This document shows positions 1 to 9,156 of a stretch of DNA of 64,000 nucleotides, in pieces. The notes beneath the pieces are model-generated. The model did not search any database and was not told the DNA's origin. It was given only the letters and a program-made list of their open reading frames with translations. Positions within the stretch are counted from its first letter, which is position 1; each line of letters begins with the position of its first letter. The stretch is from positions 1,984,001 through 2,048,000 of the forward strand of contig OY970208.1 in NCBI GenBank assembly GCA_963713865.1, written 5' to 3'. The position numbers and the translations under genes were made by a program. This DNA comes from an uncultured candidate division Zixibacteria bacterium (GTDB taxonomy: Bacteria > Zixibacteria > MSB-5A5 > RBG-16-43-9).

Positions 1-289
1 TTATCCTGGAATATCTTATTCCAATAATTGTCATAATTGAGAAAAGAGCTAAGAGGAAATACCAGAAAGACAGACTCTTCAATAGAGAATTCTTAGAATT
101 GGAGATAATATCCCCCAGTTTGCTTCCCAACCCCACCCATAAAAGCCAGACACAGAGCAGAATACCCAGACACAGCTCATTCCCGTAAAAAACAGTTAAA
201 AGCTCTCTGAAAAGAATTATCTGCGAAAGGATCGAAGCAAATCCTAAAAGGATACAGGCTGAGATAAAAAGGCTCTTATTTCGAATCAT
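1..289 (-). CDS. Partial (runs off window) membrane protein, N-terminus of fused MFS/spermidine synthase-like family
   Basis: Manual translation from ATG at 289: MIRNKSLFISACILLGFASILSQIILFRELLTVFYGNELCLGILLCVWLLWVGLGS..., open to the window edge; Q..RE....GNE motif and hydrophobic helices typical of this family. Confidence 0.7.
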   Translation of the reverse strand, partial: MIRNKSLFISACILLGFASILSQIILFRELLTVFYGNELCLGILLCVWLLWVGLGSKLGDIISNSKNSLLKSLSFWYFLLALFSIMTIIGIRYSRI

Positions 290-334
290 TGAGAAAAAAT
301 CTAATCTATTTTAAATAGAAGTCAAGAAAAAGAG

Positions 335-514
335 GTAGGGGTTCATCCCGCCAAAGGCGGGATTGAACTCCTACAAAATAAATCTCCCAAGTGGTCGCCG
401 GGTTCCCTGACCCGACGATAAAAGACTTGCCAGGTCAGGGGACCTGGCAAGCACTGAAAAGTTGAGCTCCTGCTCCAGCAAAAATATGTTGCGTCGGGCT
501 TTATGCCCGACGCA
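335..514. repeat. Cluster of REP-like palindromes (GTAG type)
   Basis: GTAGGGGTTCA..TGAACTCCTAC (335-374); doublet GTGGTCGCCGGGTTCCCTGACCCGACGA..TTGCCAGGTCAGGGGACCTGGCAAGCAC (391-454); GTTGCGTCGGGCTTTATGCCCGACGCAA (about 488-514). Confidence 0.8.
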
Positions 515-520
515 AGAATA

Positions 521-1672
521 CTAAGACCAGACCCCTGGTATTTTCTCCCCGCAGAATTTGCATCTTCCCTTTTGCAAATTCATCTGGGTAATGGAAAATC
601 CATATCTGCCTATTATGATTTTCTTGCATTTAGGACAATAGGTATTCTCCCCTTCGTGTCCCGGCACATTCCCTATATAAACAAAATTAAGACCAATTTC
701 CTGAGCAATTTTTCTTGCCTGCTCTAAGGAAGAAACTGGAGTAAGTGGCAAATTCTTTAATAGATACAACGGAGTAAAGCGTGTAAAATGAACCGGCACA
801 TCCGGACCTAAGTTGTTTAAAATCCACAAACACATTTTCTTGATATCAACCATATCATCATTCAAAGTCGGAACCATTAAATAAACTATCTCATGCCATA
901 TTCCGATTCTCTTCAATTCTTTTAGTGAATCCAGAACCGGCTGAAGCTTTCCCTGGCAGATCTCCTGATAATATTTCTCGGTAAAACCCTTTAAATCGAT
1001 TTTCACCGCAGTTAATTCCTTGCACAATTCAATCAGAGGTTCTGGTTGAATATATCCCGCGGATACCATCACACTTTTTACCCCTTTCTCTTTTCCTGAC
1101 TTGGCGCAGTCCAGCATATATTCATAAAAAACTGTCGGCTCTGAATAGGTGTAAGCGATTGAAGGACAGTTTCCTTTTAAAGCATACTCCACCACGGTTT
1201 GGGGCGAGAACTCATAATTATAGGTTTGCTCCGGTCGGGCTTGTGATATCTCCCAATTCTGGCAGAATTTACAGTTCAAGTTGCATCCAGCCGTGGCTAT
1301 GGAAAAAGCATCTGTTCCGGGTAAAAAATGAAAGAAGGGCTTCTTCTCAATCGGATCTTTGTGAAAGGTGCAGAGATAACCGTAGACCAGGGTGTAGTAA
1401 ACCCCTTTCTTATTCTCTCTTACCCCGCAATAACCTCTTTCCCTGTCACCGACCCGGCATTTCCTGGGACAGAGCTGGCATTCTATCTCTTTATGCTCAA
1501 GCTTCTTATAATATTTCGCCTCTATGTGAGAAATCATGCCAGTTGAGCTTAAAGCATAAGCTGTATCCGGAAGAGATAACAAAGGAACTTTTGAGATTAA
1601 ATTTGAGCAAATAGCTCCTCCGGTCCCGGCTAAAGAATATTTGAAAAATTCTCTTCTTTTAAATTTCTTCAT
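521..1672 (-). CDS. amrS: AmmeMemoRadiSam system radical SAM enzyme with twin-arginine-like N-terminal leader
   Basis: CQLCPRKC..GYCGVR, DPIEKKPFFHFLPG, CNLNCKFC (CxxxCxxC), YTYSEP, YIGNVPG..TYCPKC; leader KRREFFK; ATG at 1672 preferred over TTG at 1684. Confidence 0.9.
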   Translation of the reverse strand: MKKFKRREFFKYSLAGTGGAICSNLISKVPLLSLPDTAYALSSTGMISHIEAKYYKKLEHKEIECQLCPRKCRVGDRERGYCGVRENKKGVYYTLVYGYLCTFHKDPIEKKPFFHFLPGTDAFSIATAGCNLNCKFCQNWEISQARPEQTYNYEFSPQTVVEYALKGNCPSIAYTYSEPTVFYEYMLDCAKSGKEKGVKSVMVSAGYIQPEPLIELCKELTAVKIDLKGFTEKYYQEICQGKLQPVLDSLKELKRIGIWHEIVYLMVPTLNDDMVDIKKMCLWILNNLGPDVPVHFTRFTPLYLLKNLPLTPVSSLEQARKIAQEIGLNFVYIGNVPGHEGENTYCPKCKKIIIGRYGFSITQMNLQKGRCKFCGEKIPGVWS

Positions 1673-1684
1673 TTTATTTTGCAA

Positions 1685-2587
1685 TTAAAGATTTACCTCA
1701 ATCATTTCAATCTCCTCTAAAGAGGCTTTACCCAAGTTATGATTTTTATCTGCGGCTGTAAAGATATACTTAGGATATAGTCCGGATTTTTCCAAAGCAG
1801 GAATTCCTTTTTTCTGTCGAAGCTGGTTTATTATCTGATAACCGATGAAATCTAAAGCTACAGGGTCTGAGCTGATTATTATTCCCTGGTAATCCTCATT
1901 CCACCCGGGATGATAAGAAGGACCCCCTTTATATTGAACCGTTAAAGCATCACAGATAATCAATCTGTTCTGGTCTTTTATTTCGGGTAGAGCATTCAGG
2001 TCAGCTACAAAAGGGTCACAGCCATCCTCGTGATATTTATTGGGGTTGTTAATTGCCCCATAGAAATTCTTCAGGGCACAACTTACCCCAGAGAGTCCAT
2101 GATCCTTTAAAGTCGGTATATTTACCTGAACGTTAGTATAGTTTAATAAAATCTTGCTCAAGAGGCTTCCGATATTAAGATGCTCGTACAAATCACTTGA
2201 ATATCCTATTCCCTCCGTATCGGTCCCGAAACAGCGTAAACCATCGTTATTAAAATTCAGCGGAAAACCGACATCTTCCAATTCATCATTCGAACGATCC
2301 CAGATGATGATACTCTTATCCTTTATCCCACTTTCTTTGAGTAAACCGGCAAAACCTAAAGCTACTTCCGGATGAGTGGAAGCCCCCTTCCCTGCCAGGC
2401 AATTCACCTTCAAGCCCACTATCTCCTTTGGAGAATAGAATTTTCGAATAGAATCCCTGAAATCCGAGTCCCCGGAAAAAGCTGAAAGTCCTCTTTTGAT
2501 CATCTCTGAAAGAACAGAGGAATCGATCTTCTTAGAGCTATTTATAGCCTTATTTGAGCGGATAATTACTACTTTAGACTTATTCAC
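1685..2587 (-). CDS. DUF362 domain protein
   Basis: VGLKVN, THPEV, NIPTLKDH..SGVSCALKN, DPVALD motifs. Confidence 0.85.
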   Translation of the reverse strand: MNKSKVVIIRSNKAINSSKKIDSSVLSEMIKRGLSAFSGDSDFRDSIRKFYSPKEIVGLKVNCLAGKGASTHPEVALGFAGLLKESGIKDKSIIIWDRSNDELEDVGFPLNFNNDGLRCFGTDTEGIGYSSDLYEHLNIGSLLSKILLNYTNVQVNIPTLKDHGLSGVSCALKNFYGAINNPNKYHEDGCDPFVADLNALPEIKDQNRLIICDALTVQYKGGPSYHPGWNEDYQGIIISSDPVALDFIGYQIINQLRQKKGIPALEKSGLYPKYIFTAADKNHNLGKASLEEIEMIEVNL

Positions 2588-2642
2588 ATAAATCTCTCTT
2601 CCTCTAACTTACTATTTAAAATACGATTAATTATTGAAAGAT

Positions 2643-2670
2643 GTAGGGGTTCAAATTTTTGAATCCCTAC
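2643..2670. repeat. REP-like palindrome
   Basis: GTAGGGGTTCAAATTTTTGAATCCCTAC, same species as 335-374 without the nested insert. Confidence 0.75.
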
Positions 2671-2698
2671 TATTTATAAGTCTCTTAACAGATTTTAG

Positions 2699-2726
2699 TT
2701 GACAGCTTTAAATTGAAGCTTATATT
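2699..2726 (+). promoter_or_regulatory. Putative sigma70 promoter of the Lrp/AsnC-domain gene
   Basis: TTGACA-16 nt-TATATT; RBS AGGAGG before ATG 2774. Confidence 0.55.
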
Positions 2727-2773
2727 TTCAATGAAATTAAATCCATTCCTCTAAAAATGGAAAGGAGGGTCAG

Positions 2774-3007
2774 ATGACAGTCAAAGCTTTCATTTTAATC
2801 GAGATGGAACCTAAGAGCATTAATGGAGCCATTCAAGCTCTGAAAGCAGTTCCCCAGGTGAAGTCCGCTACTGCAGTAGCAGGACCTTATGATATTGTGG
2901 CAGTCATTGAATCAAAATCCTATGAGGATATTCCGCGGATCATCACCAAGGAGATACAATCAGTTGAAGGGGTAATCAAAACTACTACCCTTTTAGCTTT
3001 CGAATAA
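2774..3007 (+). CDS. Stand-alone Lrp/AsnC ligand-binding domain protein
   Basis: 77 aa, AFILI...V.GPYDIVAVIE...I..IQSVEGVIKTTT pattern. Confidence 0.85.
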   Translation: MTVKAFILIEMEPKSINGAIQALKAVPQVKSATAVAGPYDIVAVIESKSYEDIPRIITKEIQSVEGVIKTTTLLAFE

Positions 3008-3010
3008 AAA

Positions 3011-3039
3011 ATAGCGTCCGGTCTAAACCCGGACGCTAT
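3011..3039. terminator. REP-derived hairpin between convergent genes, possible terminator
   Basis: ATAGCGTCCGG-TCTAAAC-CCGGACGCTAT, related to the GTAGCGTCCGGG REP at 32901/33055. Confidence 0.55.
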
Positions 3040-3092
3040 TCCCGGTATGGAAATTGTGGAACAGAAAACGGAACTACATGGTTTAATTTATA

Positions 3093-3515
3093 CTATCTCC
3101 CTTGACGACCTTTTCTTTCAACGGTAGTTTTTTTCTCCTCGGTCTTTTTCTCGGTCTTCTCTTTTTCTAAGCGATCATCTATACCGTTTCCATTTTTATC
3201 TATAAAATAATCATACCTGTCTTTCTTTTCCTCTTTCAGACTCCCTTTAAGCCCCTTGAGTATTTTAGATAATCCTGTTTCTTTTTCCTTCTCTGGTTTC
3301 CTTACTTCAGCTTCCCTGGCTTCTATTTTTTTACTCTCCTTCCCGGCCGAACTCTCTTCTTTTTTTCCAACCTCAGAAGGTCCGGGTTTTGTTTCTGCTT
3401 TCTGCTCTTTATCAGTTATGTTATCCTTCTTGGGGGTTCTCTCTATGGCTAAAACCGAAGAGAAAAGAAAAACTGAGAGCAAGAGCAGTACCAGCATTAA
3501 AAAGACTCTTTTCAT
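3093..3515 (-). CDS. Secreted, highly charged hypothetical protein with DxNxNGxDD Ca-binding-like motif
   Basis: Signal peptide (..SSVLA), K/E-rich body, FIDKNGNGIDD. Confidence 0.7.
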   Translation of the reverse strand: MKRVFLMLVLLLLSVFLFSSVLAIERTPKKDNITDKEQKAETKPGPSEVGKKEESSAGKESKKIEAREAEVRKPEKEKETGLSKILKGLKGSLKEEKKDRYDYFIDKNGNGIDDRLEKEKTEKKTEEKKTTVERKGRQGR

Positions 3516-3527
3516 TTTTTATTTACC

Positions 3528-4847
3528 TCACCTTTTCCTCTCGGTTTTATTTCTTTTGACCTCAACTTTTTCCCGGTTGATCTGAGTGCTTTTCTCTTTG
3601 TGGATCACTTTACTTTTTTGTTCATACTTTGGGGATTCAGGTTTTCTTGATTCCAGATTGCTTTTTTTCTGAGGAACACTTTCCGCTTTGATTTCTTTTT
3701 CCTTCGTTCTTACCCTCTCAGAGGTAATATCCCTCTCCCTTACTTTCTTTTCTTCAACTCTTCCCTTCTCCGGAACAAAATCCTTTTCCCTGTCATTTAT
3801 TCTTTCTTTTTTCTGCTCTATTACCCTATCCTGCCGTGGAGATTTTTCTTCATAATAATCAGACCGGGAGCGGACTTGTTTTTCTACAGGTAATGTTCTT
3901 TTATCCTTGACATACCGGTATTCCTTCTCTTTCCAGCTTCGATATTCTTTTTTAACCGGGTCCTCAGAGACATATTTTATTCGCTGATTTATCTTGGCAT
4001 CCACTCTGACGGTTTTACTTCTCTCTACATAAACATAGTCATTCCATACTCTGCAGCCGTTATAATAATAGGTTACATAGTGCCTGCCGACGATGATAGC
4101 GGGAATGGTTATCGGGGCTATCCCATAGAAAATGCCATCGATATAGACCTCCACTCCATAGGGAGCCCAGAAATAGACACTTCCTAAATCGTAAGGGAAA
4201 GAATAAGGGTAATACTGATAAAGGTCTGGATGATAATACCACCGGGGATGAGGATACCTCACATAGAGATTAGTCACATCCGTGACATAATCCGGAGATG
4301 GGCTGATTTGATGGTTCACCCATTCCATAAAAACGTAGGGGTCTTCATCCTCATCCATCCTCAAGGTGCGGACATCTGCTGGCTCTGTTCCTTCTCTATA
4401 ATAATCCGACCAGTGCGGAAGGGAAAGAGGCTCATAAGAAGCCACTGCCTGAATGTACTCGACGCCTGATGGACCATCCACTGTCAGAGAATAATCATCA
4501 TATCTGCCCGGAATCCCGTAAACTCTGCCGCCTTCGACGTAACGATCATCCTCTGAGCTATAAGGATAAAGAACGTTTACATATCCACGGGTATCCAGGT
4601 TATAAACTACGACGTAACAATCCCTGGAAGCTCTGAAATAAATCCGGATATCGTCACCCGGATAATAGGTCGATCCCTCCCCTTTATCGATCCAGACATC
4701 GATATCTAAACCTGGATTAGGTGTCCGTATAATCCGGTTTTCGGCCATCCCCTGATATTCGTCTTTCTCTGGCGACTGTGCGAATGCTGGTTTAAAAGTC
4801 AAAGCCAAAACCAGGATCGCCAGCATCAGTTTTAATATTTTCAACAT
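3528..4847 (-). CDS. Secreted DUF4384 + PEGA domain protein with charged C-terminal tail
   Basis: Signal peptide (AFA), Y.PGD.IRIYFRASRDCYVVVYNLDT.G.VNVLYP (DUF4384-like), GVEVYIDG.FYG.API (PEGA-like); RBS AAGGAG before ATG 4847. Confidence 0.8.
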   Translation of the reverse strand: MLKILKLMLAILVLALTFKPAFAQSPEKDEYQGMAENRIIRTPNPGLDIDVWIDKGEGSTYYPGDDIRIYFRASRDCYVVVYNLDTRGYVNVLYPYSSEDDRYVEGGRVYGIPGRYDDYSLTVDGPSGVEYIQAVASYEPLSLPHWSDYYREGTEPADVRTLRMDEDEDPYVFMEWVNHQISPSPDYVTDVTNLYVRYPHPRWYYHPDLYQYYPYSFPYDLGSVYFWAPYGVEVYIDGIFYGIAPITIPAIIVGRHYVTYYYNGCRVWNDYVYVERSKTVRVDAKINQRIKYVSEDPVKKEYRSWKEKEYRYVKDKRTLPVEKQVRSRSDYYEEKSPRQDRVIEQKKERINDREKDFVPEKGRVEEKKVRERDITSERVRTKEKEIKAESVPQKKSNLESRKPESPKYEQKSKVIHKEKSTQINREKVEVKRNKTERKR

Positions 4848-4894
4848 CTCAATCACTCCTTTCATCCCGTATTTATGCGGGATTGTCTTACTTC

Positions 4895-5317
4895 TTACCT
4901 ATTAGGTTTCCCGGGTTTCCTGTATTCCTTCTCAATCTTCTTCCTTTCCTCTCCACTCACTCCGCGATATTCTCTCTCAATCCTATCTCTTTCCTTATCA
5001 CTTACTCTGTATTTCTTGTAATGCTCCACAAATTCTTTGTCTTTATGATAATTATATTTCTTGTAAACATAAACCCGGTCCACTCCATGTCTGGGAAGAT
5101 AATAATACCCATTATCCACGAAATAGAAATCATAAAAATCACACTCTGCATACACTTGAGTCCAGGTTGGATGATGATGACAGTCATAACAGTAGCGCGG
5201 GTGGTGATACCCGTATCTTGGACCACCAAAGACACCTCCCACATACAGAGCACAGCCACTTATAAAAACACCCAGGACTATCAAGAGACTCCCTAATACT
5301 AATCTTCTGTTTCTCAT
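4895..5317 (-). CDS. Hypothetical Tyr/His-rich lipoprotein
   Basis: Lipobox FISGC; YCYDCHHH motif; RBS AAGGAGG before ATG 5317. Confidence 0.7.
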   Translation of the reverse strand: MRNRRLVLGSLLIVLGVFISGCALYVGGVFGGPRYGYHHPRYCYDCHHHPTWTQVYAECDFYDFYFVDNGYYYLPRHGVDRVYVYKKYNYHKDKEFVEHYKKYRVSDKERDRIEREYRGVSGEERKKIEKEYRKPGKPNR

Positions 5318-5352
5318 TTCAACCTCCTTCCAGTAACCCTTAAAAGATCGCA

Positions 5353-6195
5353 CTACTTTTTATTAGCAATCCTCTTAGGCACAATCTTAAGCTCAGGATT
5401 ACCCACTGCAGTCTGATAAGCCCATTCGAATCTTATATGATTATAATAGATAGTATCAATATCGGTAACTCTCAATTTGGCATAACGATTATCCCAGGTC
5501 CAGATAACATAAGTATGACCTAACCAAACTGGAATGTAGTCCAACTCAGACCAGCCTATGTTCGTATCCGGTGCAACATTTATCTCATCCAGACTATTCG
5601 TAAATCCAAAGTCTTGTATATCATTAGGAATACTATCCTTCATAGTAGTATTAAGATAAAAAACTCTAGCGTAACTATCTAAATAAACATCACAAAGTGG
5701 GCTGGTTCTGGAGACAATTTGTACTCCCAGTTGATTATCGAAGTAAATCCCAGCGTGACTATTGTCAATTGCTACATTAAATAAAATGTTGAAACCATCA
5801 GGTCTGGGAGTATCATAAAGCACTTTAGAAGGCTCACTTTCATTTCTAGAATTATCGACTGCGGTTATAACATAATAATAAGTAGTGCCGTTCTCCACAT
5901 CAGTATCGATATAATTCGGTTTGTTTGTTGATGCCATATATTGGAAATCACTATCTGGTTCTGGAATAATACCATCTGTTTCTGGAGCCCAGTAAATCTT
6001 ATACCTGTAAAAATCCGACTCGTCATTTCTTTCCCAGTAGATATATACTGCTTTATTACCAGTTACACAATATACTCCTTTAGGAGATGAGGGTGGCGTA
6101 GTATCCGGTTCAACTACATAAACCTTCCTCTCACAGCCACTCAATATAAAAAACAAAGCTGTTAAGACTAACGAAATCAAAATTACCTTTCTCAT
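5353..6195 (-). CDS. Fibronectin type III-like lipoprotein
   Basis: Lipobox LSGC; DTTPPSSP.G...W......Y.IY...YYYVITAVD...NESEPS Fn3 pattern; RBS AAGGAG. Confidence 0.8.
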   Translation of the reverse strand: MRKVILISLVLTALFFILSGCERKVYVVEPDTTPPSSPKGVYCVTGNKAVYIYWERNDESDFYRYKIYWAPETDGIIPEPDSDFQYMASTNKPNYIDTDVENGTTYYYVITAVDNSRNESEPSKVLYDTPRPDGFNILFNVAIDNSHAGIYFDNQLGVQIVSRTSPLCDVYLDSYARVFYLNTTMKDSIPNDIQDFGFTNSLDEINVAPDTNIGWSELDYIPVWLGHTYVIWTWDNRYAKLRVTDIDTIYYNHIRFEWAYQTAVGNPELKIVPKRIANKK

Positions 6196-6230
6196 AACTA
6201 CTCCTTTATAAAAGTTCCATCTATTAATTA

Positions 6231-6247
6231 TGCAAACCTTATGCCTA
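6231..6247 (-). promoter_or_regulatory. sigma54 -24/-12 promoter
   Basis: Minus strand TAGGCATAAGGTTTGCA (GG-N10-GC), about 35 nt upstream of ATG 6195; a sigma54 activator is encoded nearby. Confidence 0.7.
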
Positions 6248-6256
6248 ATTTAAAGC

Positions 6257-6291
6257 AGGTGATAGGAATAAGGTGATAGGTTGTAGGATAT
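6257..6291. repeat. Degenerate heptamer tandem repeat (AGGNNNN x5)
   Basis: AGGTGAT AGGAATA AGGTGAT AGGTTGT AGGATAT. Confidence 0.6.
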
Positions 6292-6361
6292 TATAATATA
6301 ATGAGTTATCGTAGTTATATAAAGCACTTTATTAAGGACTTATTTTGCTTATATTTGTGAA

Positions 6362-6401
6362 CTGCACAAAAATTGTTCAAAATAATTAAGATTTTGTGCA
6401 G
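6362..6401. promoter_or_regulatory. Candidate enhancer (UAS) for an NtrC-family activator
   Basis: CTGCACAAAA...TTTTGTGCAG inverted repeat; the 17-mer TGCACAAAAATTGTTCA resembles the NtrC-type TGCAC-N7-GTGCA; 115-155 bp upstream of the -24 element. Confidence 0.5.
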
Positions 6402-6407
6402 ATTATC

Positions 6408-6652
6408 GTAGGGACAGAACATAATTCTGTCCCTTGCTCTTGAGAATTCCTCTCTTCTTTTTTTTAAACAGAGGTGGTTTTTTTGCTCTCTGTTGGTCAC
6501 TAGACCAACGGAGAACTTATGGGAGCGGAGCTTATCTCCGCTCATCTTTTTTTCGTAATGCAATCCTTTCAGGGTCGCCCAAAAACGTAGAGACGCATCA
6601 CTATGCGTCTCTACCACTGTTAAATTAATGGAGGTCTAAAAACCTCCGCTAC
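6408..6652. repeat. Mosaic cluster of different REP-like palindromes
   Basis: GTAGGGACAGAAC..TTCTGTCCC, CTCTGTTGGTC..GACCAACGGAG, GAGCGGAG..CTCCGCTC, GTAGAGACGCATCACTATGCGTCTCTAC, GGAGGTCTAAAAACCTCCGCTAC. Confidence 0.8.
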
Positions 6653-6655
6653 AAA

Positions 6656-7459
6656 TCAAAAAATCACCTCATCTAAATTCAATTCCATCCCGTCTGAGGC
6701 TGCTATAACCTCAGTTTTCAACTCTTTTTTCAACTGCAAAGCCAATTCCCAGGGCTTGGCTTTGAGCATCGTCATTCCGAAATGAGTTAAAATGGCAATT
6801 TGAGGTTTACAGTTTTTTATTATATTTTTCGCATCCTCTAAATTCAGATGGTCTAAATTTAACTTTTTTGCCCCTTCAGGCTCATATCTAACTGTATTGA
6901 TCACTATCAACTCACTTCCTGTGTGAACTTTTAATAGTTCCGGAAAAAACTTAGTGTCTACTATAAATGAGATTCTGTATTTTGGAGTTTTGAAGGTCAA
7001 CCCATAAGCCTCAACTCCGTGAATATGCTTTAAGGGTGTAGACAAAGTAATAGAATCTATATTATGCTCACCACCAGCTTTGAGTATATGAATTTGTTCC
7101 ACAAAACTCCTTACATATTTCAGAACAACCGCATCCTCATCTAAAGCATCAGCCGGACAGAAAAGCACTCCTCTTTTCTTAAATCCACCCTCAGTCATCG
7201 ACTCTATCATAATATTAACGTCATTGGAGTGGTCAATATGTCGGTGAGTTAAAATGATTGTATCTAACTTGGATGGGTCTAATTTCGGTTTGCTGGAGAA
7301 ACATTTGACCAGAGTCCCAGGTCCGGGATCAATCAAAAAGTTTTTATTTTCCAGAGTAAGCCAGGTTCCCCCTGAAGCTCTAAGTTGTTTGGATACTACT
7401 ACTCTTGCTCCAGCCGTCCTTAAGAATTTGATCCTGTTAGGTGCTTCTGATTTTTTCAT
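6656..7459 (-). CDS. MBL-fold metallo-hydrolase
   Basis: LIDPGPG, THRHIDH (HxHxDH), later H, DT and LTHFG motifs. Confidence 0.9.
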   Translation of the reverse strand: MKKSEAPNRIKFLRTAGARVVVSKQLRASGGTWLTLENKNFLIDPGPGTLVKCFSSKPKLDPSKLDTIILTHRHIDHSNDVNIMIESMTEGGFKKRGVLFCPADALDEDAVVLKYVRSFVEQIHILKAGGEHNIDSITLSTPLKHIHGVEAYGLTFKTPKYRISFIVDTKFFPELLKVHTGSELIVINTVRYEPEGAKKLNLDHLNLEDAKNIIKNCKPQIAILTHFGMTMLKAKPWELALQLKKELKTEVIAASDGMELNLDEVIF

Positions 7460-7466
7460 TTTAAAC

Positions 7467-7657
7467 TGTCACCTTGACCCCGATTTATCGGGTAAACATC
7501 TCTCTCAATTGTTTAAAGATTCTTCTCCCGCCTTTGGCGGGATCAGAATGACACAGTGTATGGATTGTGTCATGTTGAGTCCGCCAAAGGCGGACGAAAC
7601 ATCTATTTCATAAAGACAACAGATTCTTCTCCCGCCTTTGGCGGGATCAGAATGACA
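7467..7657. repeat. Array of four TGTC-type palindromic repeats (two head-to-head pairs)
   Basis: TGTCA..AAACATCT units at 7467-7501 and 7568-7604 alternate with identical 37-bp AGATTCTTCTCCCGCCTTTGGCGGGATCAGAATGACA at 7517-7553 and 7621-7657. Confidence 0.85.
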
Positions 7658-7658
7658 A

Positions 7659-8996
7659 TTACTTTATCTGATACTCTTTCATCTTCAGCCTCAAAGTATT
7701 CCGGTGAATGCCTAAAAGCTCTGAGGCTTGACTCAGATTCCCACCGGTTTTTTCCAGGGCTTTAAGGATATGGCTTTTCTCTAAATCTTTCAGTAAAAGA
7801 GTTGATGAAATTTCATCTATTCTCTGGAAACTCAGGTGAGCCAAATCTGATTTATCAATTGCCTCCCCCCGGCTTAAGACAGTTGCCCTTTCTATTACAT
7901 TCTCTAATTCCCGGATATTTCCATGCCAGGGATATGAAAATAAAATGTCTTTTGCTTCCCGGGTTAATCCCTGGATATTTTTCCCGGTTTTCTGGTTTGA
8001 CTTCTGAATGAAATAATCGACCAAGGGAAGTATGTCCTCTTTTCTTTCCCTTAACGGAGGGATAAAAATCGAGATCACATTCAATCTATAATATAGATCC
8101 TCACGAAAAGATTTTTCTTTGATTTTCTTTTCCAGGTCCTGATTAGTGGCAGAGATAATCCTGACATCAACCTTTATAGTCTCCTCACCACCTAATCTCT
8201 CAAATTCCTGAGTTTCAATCACCCGAAGAAGTTTCACCTGAGTCTCTAAGGATAGATCACCGATCTCATCCAGAAAAAGAGTTCCCGAATCCGCCAGTTC
8301 AAATCTTCCCTCTTTCCTACGAGTTGCACCGGTAAAAGCGCCTTTCTCATATCCGAACAGCTCAGATTCAAGCAGGGTCTCAGGTATAGCCGCACAGGAC
8401 AAAGAGATAAATCTTTGATTATCTCTATCACTTAAAGCATGGATTGCCCTGGCCACCAATTCCTTTCCGGTTCCACTCTCTCCACGGATCAATACAGTTG
8501 AATCGGATTTTGCTACGCGTGCAACAGTGCTCAACACCTCTTTTATGGCTTTGCTCTCGCCAATTATCTTCAAATCTTTATATTTCTCATTCAACTGTTC
8601 TTTCAGGTATTTGTTTTCGGTTAAAATCTTCTGATTTTCCAGGGCTTTTTTTATAGTTATTCTTAACTCCTCTAAATCTACTGGTTTATTAACATAATTA
8701 AATGCCCCTTGCTTCATCGCCTCAACTGCCGTCTCAATTGATGCATAAGCCGTCATAACAATAACCTGAATTTCCGGGTTAATCTCTTTTAATTTTGATA
8801 GTAATCCAATCCCATCCATCCCCGGCATTTTCAAATCTATCAGCGCCACTTCAAAGAATTTATCCTGACAAATCTTTAGAGCTTCTTCGCCTGAATCAGC
8901 TAAAGATACAGAATATCCTTCTTTCTTTAGAAAACCGCCTAACATTTCCCTTTGAGTTTCTTCATCATCCACTACTAAGATTCTATATAGAGCCAT
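7659..8996 (-). CDS. sigma54-dependent response regulator (NtrC/ZraR/AtoC family)
   Basis: Receiver (VVDD, D.KMP), [29 protein letters not shown], Fis-type HTH. Confidence 0.95.
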   Translation of the reverse strand: MALYRILVVDDEETQREMLGGFLKKEGYSVSLADSGEEALKICQDKFFEVALIDLKMPGMDGIGLLSKLKEINPEIQVIVMTAYASIETAVEAMKQGAFNYVNKPVDLEELRITIKKALENQKILTENKYLKEQLNEKYKDLKIIGESKAIKEVLSTVARVAKSDSTVLIRGESGTGKELVARAIHALSDRDNQRFISLSCAAIPETLLESELFGYEKGAFTGATRRKEGRFELADSGTLFLDEIGDLSLETQVKLLRVIETQEFERLGGEETIKVDVRIISATNQDLEKKIKEKSFREDLYYRLNVISIFIPPLRERKEDILPLVDYFIQKSNQKTGKNIQGLTREAKDILFSYPWHGNIRELENVIERATVLSRGEAIDKSDLAHLSFQRIDEISSTLLLKDLEKSHILKALEKTGGNLSQASELLGIHRNTLRLKMKEYQIK

Positions 8997-9065
8997 AAAA
9001 TCTCCTTCTGCCTATTCGTTTCTCATAAGGCAAACCCAGGTTGAGAGCAACGTGGACATACCGAT

Positions 9066-9100
9066 AGATTCTTCGTCCCCTGCGGGGACTCAGAATGACA
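9066..9100. repeat. TGTC-type palindromic repeat
   Basis: AGATTCTTC-GTCCCCTGCGGGGAC-TCAGAATGACA; same arms as 7517/7621 with a different core. Confidence 0.8.
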
Positions 9101-9156
9101 GCATAAATAGACATTTATCATACTTTTTATCTGCCTAATCTGCCTTGAATTTATTT

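Noticed and set aside
6315-6628. ORFs 6315-6617 (-) and 6434-6628 (+)
   Set aside because: Translations of REP palindromes and regulatory DNA, with no RBS or domain signature
7517-7657. Two identical 37-bp palindromic direct repeats resembling a mini-CRISPR
   Set aside because: Only two copies; the 67-bp spacer is itself a related inverted repeat; a variant occurs at 9066; no cas genes
7254-7765. Plus-strand ORFs with repeated DSSPAFGGIRMT peptide
   Set aside because: Antisense to real genes; the peptide is just the 37-bp repeat translated
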